This document shows positions 39,394-53,376 of a stretch of DNA of 64,000 nt, in pieces. How positions within the stretch are numbered: position 1 is the stretch's first letter; the number at the start of each line of letters is the position of its first letter. The notes beneath the pieces were generated by a model that saw only the letters and a list, made by a program, of their open reading frames with translations, had not been told where the DNA came from and made no database searches. This stretch comes from the human T2T-CHM13v2.0 reference genome, Homo sapiens: assembly GCF_009914755.1 (NCBI RefSeq), contig NC_060934.1. The stretch is one strand, 5' to 3'. Both the position numbers and the translations under genes were made by a program.

Positions 39394-41435
39394 GGATGCG
39401 GGTAGGGGTTCTTAGCGATCCTGCGGAGTTTCCTTTTAAATTGGTCACTGACATTCTCGCTGTCCGGGGAACAGACTAGGTGCGCTCTCCTTGGTACAGC
39501 GCCCGCTCTGGACCCACCAAGATGACTTCAGCGAACTGGTGGGCTCCGAAATAAAGTCCCTAACCCTCCTCTCTCGCCGTGGATGAATACGTTTCTCGCT
39601 CGTCCTGTAGCTGGACCCGGCGTCGCTGGCTGGGCTGCGTCTTCTCGGGGAGGCTGTGGACTGAATGGAGCCAGCCTCTCTCTGGTACCCGAACCCAAGC
39701 AAGTGGGCTGGCCACGGCTGCCGGGCGGCTCGGCTCCGGAGCCAGGTGGGGACGGGGCCTCCTGCACGGAGTCCTCTCTGAGTTGAGGCTGAGAATGGAG
39801 CAGGAAAACTGGAGCAGAAAGTGGACGAGATGACGCAGCCCTCCCCACCTCCTACCTCCTGCTGCGAAGTTGACATCCGCCCTTCCCCCCTCCATAGCCA
39901 AAGATTCCTCATTCTGGAATTAGTGATTCCCACGGCCAGGAGTGAGGGCTTGGCTTTAGCACATTCCCCACTTTTTTTTTTTTTTCTGGTGCAAGTCCTG
40001 TGCAGTAGAGTTACAACACTCAACCATTTGATCCAAGTTAATTATGATTTGGGCAGACTCTGGTATTTAAAGCAGTGTTTTGAAGTTGGAAGGTAATGAT
40101 GGGGATGGGGAAGGCAGGCTGCTGAATGTCCAACCTTGTTTTAAAGGGTGCAGTTAGACGTGGGAGGTGCTTGGTTGGGGTGCTGGTTTCTGGTTGGAGG
40201 GGGTTTGAGGAGATGATTGAAGGGTAGGGTGAAGTCTCTGTAAATGGCACATGGGCAGGGTTGTGTCTTGGGAAGCTGCTTTTGTACCAGCAGGACAGTG
40301 GGATCAGGAATAAATACTTAGGTTACCAGGAATGAGGGGCTGCTGTAGGAGAAAGACAAGACTGGTTGGCCTATAGTTCTCTGGGTGGGTGGGCTTGGCC
40401 AAGAAGGCTGGGGGTGGCCTGCATTTCCTGCTTAACAAAGCATCCAGCCCCCACCTTCCCCAGAAGAAACCCCAGGCCCAGGGCTTTGATGGATTTGGGC
40501 ACGAATGGTGCCCAGTCAGAAATGGCCTCTAATACCCGGCTTTGATTTCTCACCAGCGAGCAGAAGCGGTGTTGGAATTGTGCTCATTACTTAGTGCGGC
40601 AGTAGCTGCCTGCCCACCAGCCTGGAGAGGGGCCAACTGGTGGGGTCGGCCTGCAGCCTTCTCATTGCCCAGAATGTGTGGCCCTTAGAAACCTGCCTTC
40701 AGGAGGGAGAACATGTCCCTTCCTCCCACACAATCTTGTTTTTCTCTAATGCCACAGGCACAGAGCATCATTCTTTCAGAATGTTCTTTGGGTTTTTCCA
40801 TTGGATCCTTCACAAGCTCCATTTCACTGATGGGGAAAATCAAGGCCAGAGTGTTGGCTTTCTCCAAATCTTGCCTTCACTTGGCCACAGATTGAAGACA
40901 TGTGAAGGGCTCCTGTCCAATAGCCAGACTGATTCAAGCCCAGCAGACCCTCCCTCCTATTCTTATCCACCCACCCCTCTGCCATGAGACTCATAACAGA
41001 CTGAGGCAGGCGAGGCTCTCTCTGCAAAGAGGGATCTTTACTGGGGGTGTCCAAGCTCCCCTCAAGTGGCAGGCACCTCTCTCTCCTTTTCCCCACCCCA
41101 CCCCATCCCTGGTGAATATGGGAATGAGCTCCCTTTACAGCACTGAGAATATTTTTAAGCTGTAAAGTCTGATGCTGGAGAAATCAAAACTGGAACCATA
41201 AAACCCCAGACCCTTAGAAGGTAATGTCAGCAAGTGACTAGCCAGAAAAGGCCACTTCAAAAGCTCTGGTTGGCCCTGGAAATCTCCTCCCACCCCACCT
41301 TTCAGCCCTTCCTGGAGCTTTTAATGAGCCTTTCCATGGCCTCTGGCTGGGATGGTTGAGAAGGAGTCGAGGTGTCAAGATAATACTTCTTTTTAAGGTG
41401 CAATTAAAATCAGAGTTTTTGTAGTGTCTCTGCTT

Positions 41436-41436
<1 letters not shown>

Positions 41437-41467
<31 letters not shown>
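41437..41467. repeat. (GT)n microsatellite
   Basis: Direct read. Confidence 0.95.
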
Positions 41468-41469
<2 letters not shown>

Positions 41470-42849
41470 CGCGTGCATGCGCCTGTGCACACACAATGAT
41501 AGCCTGTCCTTGTCTCCCTCTGCACTCACTGTAGCAAACACCCATCTCACTTAAACAAATGGAAAATCAAGTGTCTTAATGGGTTTTCTCATTAAAGTGA
41601 AAGTACCACTGCAGGGGAGGAATTTCTCCTGTAATCTCTCTCCTCCACCTCTCTCCCCTCCCCCACAAACAGGGAATTCTGTAGGATAAAACAGTTCCCC
41701 TCTTTTCCAATCCATTTATTTAACTGTTGACACTTTGGGACAGGCCAACTTGCCCAAGGTCACACTGGGACTCACCGGTAGCGCCAGGACTTGAACTGAG
41801 GCCTCACAACCTCAATCTAGTGCTTCTAGCTCCTTCATTCCATCTGGGCTGGAGACCCACCATCATGGGTGTGGGCTTGAGACTCTGAAATTGAGGCACC
41901 ACTTAAGGCAGGCAGCTAAAGATAAGATCGCTTTGATGGCTGCTTTAGACTGGAACTCATGGCAGGATGGAGGAAAGAGGTTGAGAGTTGGAAGGGTGAA
42001 GAGGTGTTCCAGGAGAGGGGGAACAGGGCAGAGCCAAAGGTCAGGAGTGAAGCTCTGAGACCAGGCAAGTGCCCAAAGGTGGCTCCCCCAACCCCCAGCA
42101 TTGGCCTCCTGAGCAACTGCCCTGACCTGGGGAAGGGAGACAGGTCACAAGCCAAGCTCCCTTGGGCTGCATGGCCAAATAAACATTAGCATTTTATAGC
42201 TCTGCACCCATTTGTAGAGTTGGGGACAGAATATGTTTTTACTTTTTACTTATATTCAAAGCTTTAGGAGCCAGTGCCCTCCCCCACCTTTGTTGTTGAG
42301 TTTCTCCTGGACCGCAGGTCTAGTGACCCTTTTCCTGGGTGTCAGGCTTAAGACGAGGTCTGCCTCCTACGCCCCATTCCCTGAGCCACAGAGGTTTTCT
42401 AAGGAGGTTTGTGGGCTGCCTAAGACTTTGGGGATGGGCTGGGGGGAGATGGATCATTTCCATTCCAAGTGCTCTCGGACCAGGTTAGTGATTCTGAATA
42501 GACAGTGCTGGTACCTCCCTCCCCCAGGGCCTGCAGGCAGCCCGTCTTTTGACCCTCAGAGTTGGGGTTGGGTGGAAAGGAGACAGTTTGGAGGCCACTG
42601 CCGCCTTCAGGAAAGGGCAGAGGGGGCTGGGTCATAGGCTGGGACTTGGGGGTGGGAGCCTGGGCCCAGGGAAACTGCTGCCTGGGCAGATGGCCCCCAG
42701 AGGGTAGGGAGGAGAAAGCCGGCGCTCAGGCCAGAGCTGGCGCTTCTCTTGGCGTCCTCCTCCTTCTCCTCCTCACCAGTTTCCTAAACAGCTTCCACAA
42801 ATAGAGTCATTAAAGCTGTGAAGGCAAAATGAAACCAAACAAGTGCGTT

Positions 42850-43860
42850 CTGTGCTTTTCTGTTTCTTATTTTTTTAAGGAAATTAAAAATACCGTAATT
42901 AGAATAATACAAGGAGAGAACACTTTGCGGAAGGCCTAGGGTAAGGGCACTTCCCACCCACTGGGTTGGCTCAAGAGGTTGGGACTGGGGCGCCACCTCC
43001 CGCCCCCTTAGGGTCTGCGATCCGCCGGGGGCGCCGCGGGCTTTTCCGCCGGCTCCATGCATTTCCCTGAGGCAGGATCTTTTTGGGGGAAGCTGGCATC
43101 CCGGCGCTGGCCTCGGCCCCCGACTGGGAGTTGGGTGGCGCTTGATTGGAACTCCGGCCCGGAGCCGCCTCAGCCGCTGCGCCCCCGCGGGCAGACAAGC
43201 CCGGGCGGAGCGCGCTAAGCCACAGGTCCCCGCGGCGTTCCTCCCGGTCTTCGGGGATGCTAATGGCAGCGAAAATATTTGCTGAAGTGCAGGCATAAAT
43301 CAGCCGCCTCCCCGCTCCCCCACCCCCACCCCTTTTGTTTCCTCTTCCTTCTCTCCAAAAGCGCTGGGCTGCTGGGCGCCAGAATTTACCTTTTCCATCT
43401 TAGCGGCCTGATTAGCATCGCCGCCGCTTGTGGGGCTGGATTCTACCCTCTCCTGCGTCCCCCACCCCCAGTCCCCATCTCCACCTCCCTCCCCAGCCGA
43501 GCTAAATCGGTCTGCGGAGCCCCGGGAGCTCTAACGCCACCGCCTAGCGAGTGAGTGCACGGAGCCGCCCTCCTTCTCACCTCCCAGAACAGGCTGCCCC
43601 CAGTGCTTGCAACTTACCCCTTCGCGGCGCTGCACGGCTCGGCTCACTTCTCCAAGAAGGCAGGCTTGTGGGTGTGAGAGTATGTATTAAGGAGTGTGTG
43701 GGGGGTGAGAATGTGTATTAAGCAGGTGGGCGGAGGTGGGAGTTTGCAGGGAGGGGAGGGTGGGTGTGGTGTTGCACTGGGGTGTCAGGTGTGTGTGGGG
43801 GCGAGGCATGGACTGGGTGTGTGCCGGAGGATGGATGTGTGTTTGAGGAGGGTTGTGCCT
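42850..43860 (-). ncRNA. UNC5B-AS1: UNC5B-AS1 antisense lncRNA on second CpG island (boundaries approximate)
   Basis: CpG island at about 42960-43650, about 5 kb into intron 1, where UNC5B-AS1 is recalled to lie. Minus-strand donor GG|GTAAGT at 43617 and candidate acceptor ..cacttcAG at 43282. Confidence 0.6.
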
Positions 43861-44869
43861 TTTGTAACTCAGGAGGTGTGATGTATAGGCTGTGTCTGTG
43901 TTTGGGTGTGTGTGGGGTGGGCAATGTCACATGGGCACACTTGTGGTGTGTTTGTGTATAAATAGGTATGTGTAATGTGGAGACAGTGAGTCACCACCAG
44001 GCATGGGAAGCTCCATCCATTGTATTCCGTTGGGGATTCCACTTCAGGATGGGACCCAGGCCATTTGCCCATCAGCACTTAAGAGACCTCATTTTGCCCC
44101 ACACCTGCACTGTGAGCAGGGTTTGGCCTGAGTGCCAGGTTCTGCTGTTGGAAGGGCAGAGGACAGCTTCCCCTGCTGAGTGCAGATGGGATAGGCCTGC
44201 CTGCAGGTGGGTCCTGGTGCTCCAGGGGGAGGAAGGTTGGCAGAGATGGACCCTAAGCCAGCCCAGCAGCTTGGGCTACTGCCCCCAGGAAGATCAGAGT
44301 CCCAGACCTGGAGTCTTCTGCAGTCAACTCCCAGCTTCCCCAGAGCATGGGAGCGGCTGTGGTTTGGAGATCTGCTCTCTGACCTGGGTCAGCTTATGCT
44401 TCAGCCTGTCTCCCCCAAAGGGAGTGAGTTCTCCTCTAGAGTTTGCTGGAGAAGGGGCCAGCAGAGCTTGAGTGGGTGGGATCCCCAGTGGAGAACCCCA
44501 TCTCAGGCTGACGTGGCTGGGGCCTGGGACTCTCAGCGGTAGCAATTTAAAGAGGACAGACACACCCACACACATGCTGGACTCCACTGTCGTTACAACT
44601 TTCTTGGTCACAGAAGCGCTTACCTGCTTTCCCAGGGCTGTCCACAGGAAGGACTTCCATCACTTCAACTCTAGGATAAGATGGACTGTTCTGGAGCAGG
44701 GAGGCCTATAGGAAAATCACAGTCCCTCGCCCCACCCTGGTGTGCATGTTGCTTTACAGTTTACAAAACCCTTTTATATGTGCAGTCTCACTTTGTCCTT
44801 GTAAGAACTCACCGAGAAGGTGGAAGCTCTCACTTAGAAGGCTGAAGAGACAGGACTGGGACCCAGGTT

Positions 44870-45304
44870 TGTATTAGTCAGGGTTCTCTAGAGGGAAAGA
44901 ACTAATATATATATAAAGGAGAGTTTAGTAAGTATTAACTCACACGATCACAAGGTCCCACAATAGGCCTTCTGCTGGCTGAGGAGCAAGGAGAGCCAGT
45001 CCGAGTTCCAAAACCGAAGAACTTCTAGTCTGATGTTCGAGGGCAGAAAGCATCCAGCACGGGAGAAAGATGTAGGCTGGGAGGCTAGGCCAGTCTCTCT
45101 TTTCACGTTTTTCTGTCTGCTTATATTCTAGCCCTGCTGGCAGCTGATTAGATTGTGCCCACCCAGATTAAGGGTGGGCCTGCCTTTCCCAGCCCACTGA
45201 CTCAAATGTTAATCTCCTTTGGCAACACCCTCACAGACACACCCAGGATCAATACTTTGCATCCTTCCATCCAATCAAGTTGACACTCAGTATTAACCAT
45301 CACA
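44870..45304 (-). mobile_element. MLT2A1 (HERV-L) solo LTR
   Basis: tgtattagtcagggttctctagaggg ... caatcaagttgacactcagtattaaccatcaca; 5-bp TSD aggtt/aggtc. Confidence 0.92.
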
Positions 45305-47616
45305 AGGTCAGAACTCCTAAGCAGCCCTGGCCACAGCCCTCGAGGAGGTGCTGTCTGTAAGTGTTGCTGATGTCCACTCTAGAAATGTTAAGTGGCATTC
45401 AGAGCATTGCAGATGCCATGTGAGGGTGACAGATGATATGCAGGGAAGAGCATAGCAGAGCCAAGGTTTTAAGGCATGGGGCTTCCTGGGGCAGGTGATG
45501 AGTGCCAGACCTTGACTGTCCTTTTCCAGTTCTTCTGAGAGCATGTCCTGAAGAGAGGATGGGATGGGGGCTAGCTAGCTGGGTATGTGGGCAGGGGTGC
45601 CAGCCGACCTCTCCTTACTCTTGGGAAATTTGCCCCTGTTAGCATCTGCTGTGTTCACTATCTTGAGGTGGACACCAATCCTTGGAGAACAAACCCTCTG
45701 GCCCCATTCCACCTCCCAGCATCCCAGGTTCTACTGAATGTGTGCGCTTGGGTCACGAACCCTCTCAGCTGCTTCTGACTCTGTGGGCTAGGACCATGGC
45801 AGGCCCTGGAGGCAAAAGGCCTTCTTCTTGGATCTCTCTGTATGGCTCCCAAAGGTGGAACGAGCCCAGAAAATACTTTCTAAGCACTGGTAGGGATCAT
45901 ATTGGGGGTGGAGACATGGGGAGGTATCTCCCTACTTTCTGCCCTGCCCCCACCAGAGAACACAAAGTGGGTAAGAAGGGGAAGGATGGAATCTGCCTAG
46001 CACTTCTGTGAGCCATTTGGCAGGGGTAGGGGTGGGGAGATCCTTTGTCATCACCACCTCTGGGAACCCCCAGCTGCTCTCTTTCCACACACACCTCTCC
46101 CCGGGGCCTTAGCTGCGGGTGCAGAAGAGTGCATGGCATTGCCAATTGGAATTCTAAGGAGGTTAACACGGCCTCCCAGCATTGTCACTGACTAACTTGG
46201 TGACGTTGGGCAGCTCACCTAACTGGACTGTACCTCCATTTTCTCATCTGTAAAATGGGGGTAATAATAACATCATCCTCAGAATTGCCTTGAGAGTCTC
46301 ATGAGCTGATGTATGGTAAAGCCCTTAGCACAGTGCCCGGCACACAGTGATCACTCAGGGCCTGTTGGCATGCAGCCTGCCCCGGAGAGAGCCTAGCAAT
46401 GCATCATCATCTTCCTCCACGGGAGTGAAAGCTGGGAGGTCAGGACCAGGAGTCTCAGCTGCTCCTGGCTGAGGAGTTAGTAGACTCTGGCTCTTGATTT
46501 TCATTTGCTGTGAGACCCTAGGCAAGTGCCTTTCCCTCTCTGGGTTCTGATTGTTTGGTTTCCCTTCCCATCTGTAAGTCCGGAGTGGGGCAGAGGTGGA
46601 AGGATGATCCATACAGGATGTGGGGTTTTTGTCTGGTTCTATCTGAAGAGGCTCCAGCAGTCAGAAAGAAACAGAGGTAGCCGAGGTCCAGAACCACTTG
46701 TGTTTACAGAGGCCCCTCTGGAAAGTCAGTATATTGACTGGAATGCCCTTGCACGCATTATGCAGCCCTGGGTGTCTCTCTCACCGAAGCCATAAATCAC
46801 CCTCTGGGAACTCGGTCCCTTTTTCCTGCTCCATAAGCATTTCCTGCTTCAGAAACTGAGAACCCCAGATGCCAAGCAGGGCCCAGGAGGTAGAGAAGGG
46901 CCCCACTGGCAGAGGCAGCCTGGGCATGTGCGAGAAGGGGCCTGTGGTCCCCCCCCTTGTCACCCACTCCGAAGCTCAAGTGCGCCCTGCTGAGGGTGTT
47001 AGAGACAGACTTTGCAGGCCTGGCCCCCGTGTCATGCATAGCTTCATTTCTCAGAGGCAGGGGGAGGCCAATCTTGGGGGTTGGGGAATGAGGACTCCTG
47101 TCTCCATGTAGGGTATCAGAACACCAGCCCACCCTAAAACCTGATGCACATGCCCATTCATTCAGCCTGAGCAAGTGCTGAGCTCCGCAGTCAGAAGCTT
47201 AAAAACCATGGGCCTGACTCTTGAAGAACTGATGGGCTTTGTGCTGCTTCTTGAAGCATGGGCCAAGTGCCTGGCCTGTGATGCTGGGGTGCAAGGGGGA
47301 TTAGGATGATGCAACAGATATGAATCATTCAAGCATGAGCCAAGATGTGTGTGTCTTGGGAGGGGTCTTGCGCGATGTTTAGAGGGCAGGCTGTGCAGTC
47401 ACATTACTTGGGTTCAAATCCTGGCAGTGCCACCATCTGGCTGTGTGTCTTAGAGCAAGTTGCTTACCCTCTCTGAGCTTAGTTCTGAGCTTAGTTCCTT
47501 CATTTGTAAAATGGGAGTAGTAACAGCACCAATCTCATTAGATTTGGGGATAAATGAGATCATGCTTAAAAGTGTGTTGCATATTCTGAAGTGCTCAGTG
47601 ACATTCACTACTGTCA

Positions 47617-47644
47617 TGATCATCATCATCATCATCATCATCAT
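47617..47644. repeat. (ATC)n trinucleotide repeat next to a MIR
   Basis: Direct read; MIR core at about 47380-47600. Confidence 0.9.
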
Positions 47645-49763
47645 ATGGGCACCATGTATTGCGTGGAACGAAGGGAAATGTCTGGATGTTGAGAGGAAGA
47701 AGCTCTTGTGGTCTGGGCAGTCAGAAAAGGCTTCCTGGAAGAGGGAAGGTTTGCACTTGACTGGCCCTTGAAAGATGAGAGACTTTGGGTAAATGGAGAG
47801 TGTGGCCCTGGTAGGGGATGTGTACGTGAAGGTATGGGTGTGAATGTCTGGCACATCTACCCAGGAGACAAATTCTACATTCAGCTTCTGACTCGTGTCT
47901 GATCATCTAGCAACTCAAGACTTCTAGGGCCAGAGGTCTCTTAGTACAGTGGAAAGAGCCCCAGCCTTTAGGATTTGAATCTTCCAGAGGTGGCTCACCC
48001 TCTGTGCCTCAGCTTCCCAATTCATGAGATAGGCATGATTCCACCACCTTCACCAGGTGCTGATGTGACGTGAACACACACATATACAGTCTTGGCAGAG
48101 TGGGTGCTCTGTGGATTTCCATTGCTTTCCCTTCTCTTCCTGCCCCTCCTCCACCCCCCCGATTTGGCTGACCTCTGGATAGGGCTAGGGCTGGGCCTGG
48201 GCCCTGATTCTCTCCCTGTGCATCTCTGGGCAGAACAGTGGGACAGAGAGTCCCAAAGTGGCAGTTTCCAGGTTGGCCAGAGAGCCAAGGAGAGGGGCAG
48301 GAAGAGAGAGGCTGCTTTTTCTGGTCCCTGGTGTTCACCTGGGCCTGCCCTGACCCAGGAGGCATCCCCAGGGAGTCTTCTGCTGAGATCACCCAGGAGC
48401 CTGCAACCCCCAGAGGCCCCAAGCGGCATCTGGAGGCATTACTGCCTTCAGGAGACAAAGCCCAAAGGAAAGCAGCTCTGTAATGCGATCAGAGGCGTCC
48501 GCCTGCCTGGCTGGGGACCTGGACACCCATGCAGGATGCAGAGCTTACAAGAAATTGAGTCAGGAATTCCAGGAAAGTTGTCCCTGACCCCCTCCCCCAT
48601 CCCTATCCCACCTTTGGTCATTCTGTGACACAGCAGAGCAGAGTGACATTCGGAGTGAGCAGTGACCTGTGGTGGGATGGGAGTCTGTCGGATGGGGCAG
48701 CCTGCGTTCTTTCCTTTTCCTTGTCACCAAGCCAGGGCTCCAGGGTTGGGGAGACAGGTTCAGCAGGGGCAGCCAGCATGGATTGAAACGACTAGGTGAT
48801 GGCAGAGCAGCCATGGCACTAGGTGACTAGGGAGGCTGGGCCTGATTTGGCTCACTCTTGTGGATTCCTGGCACCCAGAAGGTACTGAATAAATCTCTGT
48901 AGAATGGATGAATGAGAACTCATGGTCAGGCCTTACTCACCCGAGAAGTAGCTGTGATTTTGTCCCAGCTGTGCGTGGACCTGCTGCTGTGGATGAGTAA
49001 CCAAAGAATTAGAAGATTTTTTCATTCCTTTGCTTCCAGCCTTCCCCTCCTGCCTGCCTGCTTCCCTCCCTTCATTATCTGCTGCTTGCTTTCTTTGAGC
49101 ACTTACTGTGTACCCAACATGGTGGAAGCCAGAGCCAAATCTTCAGTGATCAGAGCCCCTAGGTAGGAAGGAATTTATTCACTAAATCCAGCGGAGCCAC
49201 AGAGAATTAACCAAGTTTTGCAGTCAAGTGCCCTGGGCCCCTTTACATAGAGAAAGTAGACTGGCAGACACTTGCTGGGCTGGTAAATTTTGTACTTATC
49301 TGCAAGGTGGCCCTTGTAAGGCACAGCTGGTCCAGGCGACTTTAAAATGTTTCTTTCCTACTTGTAGCCACAAGCCCATTATCACTTCTCCCCACCTTGC
49401 CTTCTTGTGGCTCAAGAGAATGCTTACCGCATGGACAACTGGCCGTGAGGCCTGAGAGCAAGTGTGGGCTGAGCAGGTGTATCTAAAGGCCATGGCCAGA
49501 TCTGACTCCAGGCCTCAGCCCTCTATAGCAACTGCTACCAGCTTCTTAGCAGGAGCTGGGCTTGGTGCAGGAGAGCAGTTCTGGCCATGGGGTCTGGCTG
49601 ATATAGACTCTGGGTGGCATCATGTCCAGTACTGACATCTTTGGGAGATTAAACATCCCCAGGCAGCAACAAGCCTGGCCCAGTGACCATCCTCAGCTGG
49701 TGGCTCACTGGTCCTTGTCAGGAGTCCCTGCCAGAGGCTGATCTGGAATTCCTCCCTGGCAGC

Positions 49764-49994
49764 CCAGGAAAGCCGGGGCTGCTGGGCACAGTGACCCCTG
49801 CTGCAAATTTGATCCAGCCCCACATTTTCCTCCTGGTCCATCCCACTTCTGTATGTAGACACAGACACAGACACACACACACAGACACACACACACACAC
49901 CAGGAAAGCCGGGGCTGCTGGGCACAGTGATCCCTGCTGCAAATTTGATCCAGCCCCACATTTTCCTCCTGGTCCATCCCACTTCTGTATGTAG

Positions 49995-50040
<46 letters not shown>
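49764..50040. repeat. Tandem duplication, 136-bp period (about 97-bp core plus CA microsatellite), two copies
   Basis: ccaggaaagccggggctg...gtatgtagac starts at 49764 and 49900; one mismatch in the core. Confidence 0.95.
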
Positions 50041-50042
<2 letters not shown>

Positions 50043-50639
50043 AATGACAGCAGAAAAAGCCCCAAGTTGAGGATTGGGAAAACTGGATTCTTTTTTTTCT
50101 TTTTTTGGAAATAAAAAACTGGATTCTAATCCTAGCCATGTAGCTAATCTGCTTTGTGACATTGGGCCAGTCCTTTTCCCTCTCTGAGCTTCCTCTGTCC
50201 AAATGAAGAGGTTCTGCCCTGGAATCAGAAAACCTGGATTCAAGTCCTGGCCCCATCACTAACTGCAATTTCATGAGCCTCCATCTCCTCACTATAAACT
50301 GGGCCCCCAATTGGTTGTGGGGACATTAAAGGAAATGGGCATGGTCAGTGAAGGTCGGTTTTCTTTCCTTTCCACCCAGAAGGAAATCCACAAATTGCTG
50401 GATCCTGCCTTCTAGTGGGATTTTGGATTGCTGGATCCCAAATCCACAGAGCCCGCCTTCTTTCTTTCTGATATTGCCTTCTTGACATGGGCATATTAGA
50501 CATAAGGTACAGTAGGGTTATCCTACAGACTTCTGAGATACCTTCCAGCCTTCAAAGCCCATCGCTGTAAAGCACCGTGGATACAGTTCAGGAAGTCCTG
50601 TGGGGTGACTTGGTAATCGTCTGAGGGTTATCAGCGAGG

Positions 50640-50695
50640 GGAGAGCCTGCCTTGTTATACACATTTGGGAGAGCCTGCCTTGTTAGACACATTTG
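50640..50695. repeat. 28-bp tandem duplication, two copies
   Basis: ggagagcctgccttgtta(t/g)acacatttg twice. Confidence 0.9.
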
Positions 50696-51561
50696 GAAAG
50701 AGCACTGGACTAGGAGTCTGGAATCTCCAGCTCTAAGGCCAAATCTGTCTCTGTGTGATACGCAAATCTCACCCACCTTCTTTGAGCCTCAGTTTACCCA
50801 TCAGCAAAAGGAACAAAAGAAGTTGAATGCCAGGTAGGGCCAAGTGAGAAAACACCCAGAGAGGTGCTTCAGAAACTGTTCTCCAAACCCACGGGGGTCG
50901 CTGATCTGAGGCAGCAGGAGGCCTGCAGAACAGTCCCTGGACTATGCGGTGCATCCTGGGAACTGCTGCCTGTGTGGCAGGGATGAGAGGGCCCACGTGC
51001 CCATTTCCCTGGCACCTCCCATGCCTGGCTGGCCACAGCTGTTGAGCTAAGTGACAAGAGTTTTAGCCACTTCTCATCCATCTTTGTGCCCCCATACCCT
51101 GACCCCATTGCACACCCCACATCCCAGAGCGGAGGAGGCCCGGGTGCCACGTCAGAGAAGGTTAGTGTCAGTGCTGGGTTTGATACTGTCTGAGCCAGCA
51201 CACCATCTGCCATGCCCACCAGAAGTTACATAATCCCTCGGCCGGCTGCCCATTCTTAGAAAACGGGGCAGGCAGGACCAGCAGGGAGTAGAGAGTTAGA
51301 GTTTTCTTCTCTGCATTTTGTTCCCTCCCAGCCCACCACATCCCTGGACCAGTCTTCACTCTCTGAGTTGCTCCCACACTGTTCAGAGCCTGAGACGTAA
51401 ATGCCAAGGCAGAGAGAAGCTCAAGTTGGAAGGGGACATGGGTCTTGGGGACTGCTTGCCACCGTGCCACACAGACTTGAGGACACCCTGCAGACACTAC
51501 CTGCTGGCAGCACACCTGGCTGGCCACACCTTGCCAGCCCCTCACACGGCTCCTCTGCTGA

Positions 51562-52017
<456 letters not shown>

Positions 52018-52527
52018 TGAATAACAGCCAGATAACACCACCCATGTATCATTAGGGTCTTTGGAATCACTGAGACCCAAGATCCCATCCTGTCTCCTTC
52101 ATTTGCTGGCTGCATGATGTTTGCCAGGCAACTTCACTCTTGTTAGTCCCGGTTTCCTCATCAGTGAAGTGGGAATCATGAAGCCTGCTTCCCAGAGCTG
52201 CCTTAAGGATGGAATCAGATAATACTTGGAGAGGATGGAGAAAGTATTTAGTGATGGTAGCTCTGATCAGCAGCATCCAATTCCATTCTCTCTTTTTAAC
52301 ATCATGACCAGATCTGATTTATTGCAGGAATGCAAGAGTGGTTCCAAATGAATTCGCTAATATTAATAACATGCCATATTAATATCATGTTCCATATTAA
52401 TGAATCTGAGGAAACAAAATCATATTATTATCTTCATAGATGCTGAACAAAGCTTGGATAAAATACTACACTAAAAGAAATAGGAATTAAGGGATACTTT
52501 TCAGATGAGATAGATAGATATATATAC

Positions 52528-53213
<686 letters not shown>

Positions 53214-53217
53214 TTTT

Positions 53218-53313
53218 GTATACATACATATATACATATATATACATATATACATATATATACACATATACATATATATACATATATATACACATATATA
53301 CATATATATACAC

Positions 53314-53374
<61 letters not shown>

Positions 53375-53376
53375 TA
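53218..53376. repeat. Compound (TA)/(TACA)/(CA)n microsatellite
   Basis: Direct read; follows the L1PB1 A-tail. Confidence 0.95.

Larger units (their letters stand above)
37950..39850. promoter_or_regulatory. UNC5B: CpG island / UNC5B promoter, 5'UTR and start of intron 1
   Basis: Very high GC and CpG density; GC boxes (ccccgcccc at about 38130); no TATA; no upstream ATG between about 38160 and 38615; short imperfect (GGC)n at about 38518-38557. Confidence 0.9.

Noticed and set aside
40709-45548. Isolated perfect p53 half-sites in intron 1 (40709-40718, 45539-45548)
   Set aside because: No adjacent second half-site; expected by chance
49620-50310. About 200-aa minus-strand ORFs with internal repeats
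   Set aside because: Product of the 136-bp tandem duplication and CA tracts
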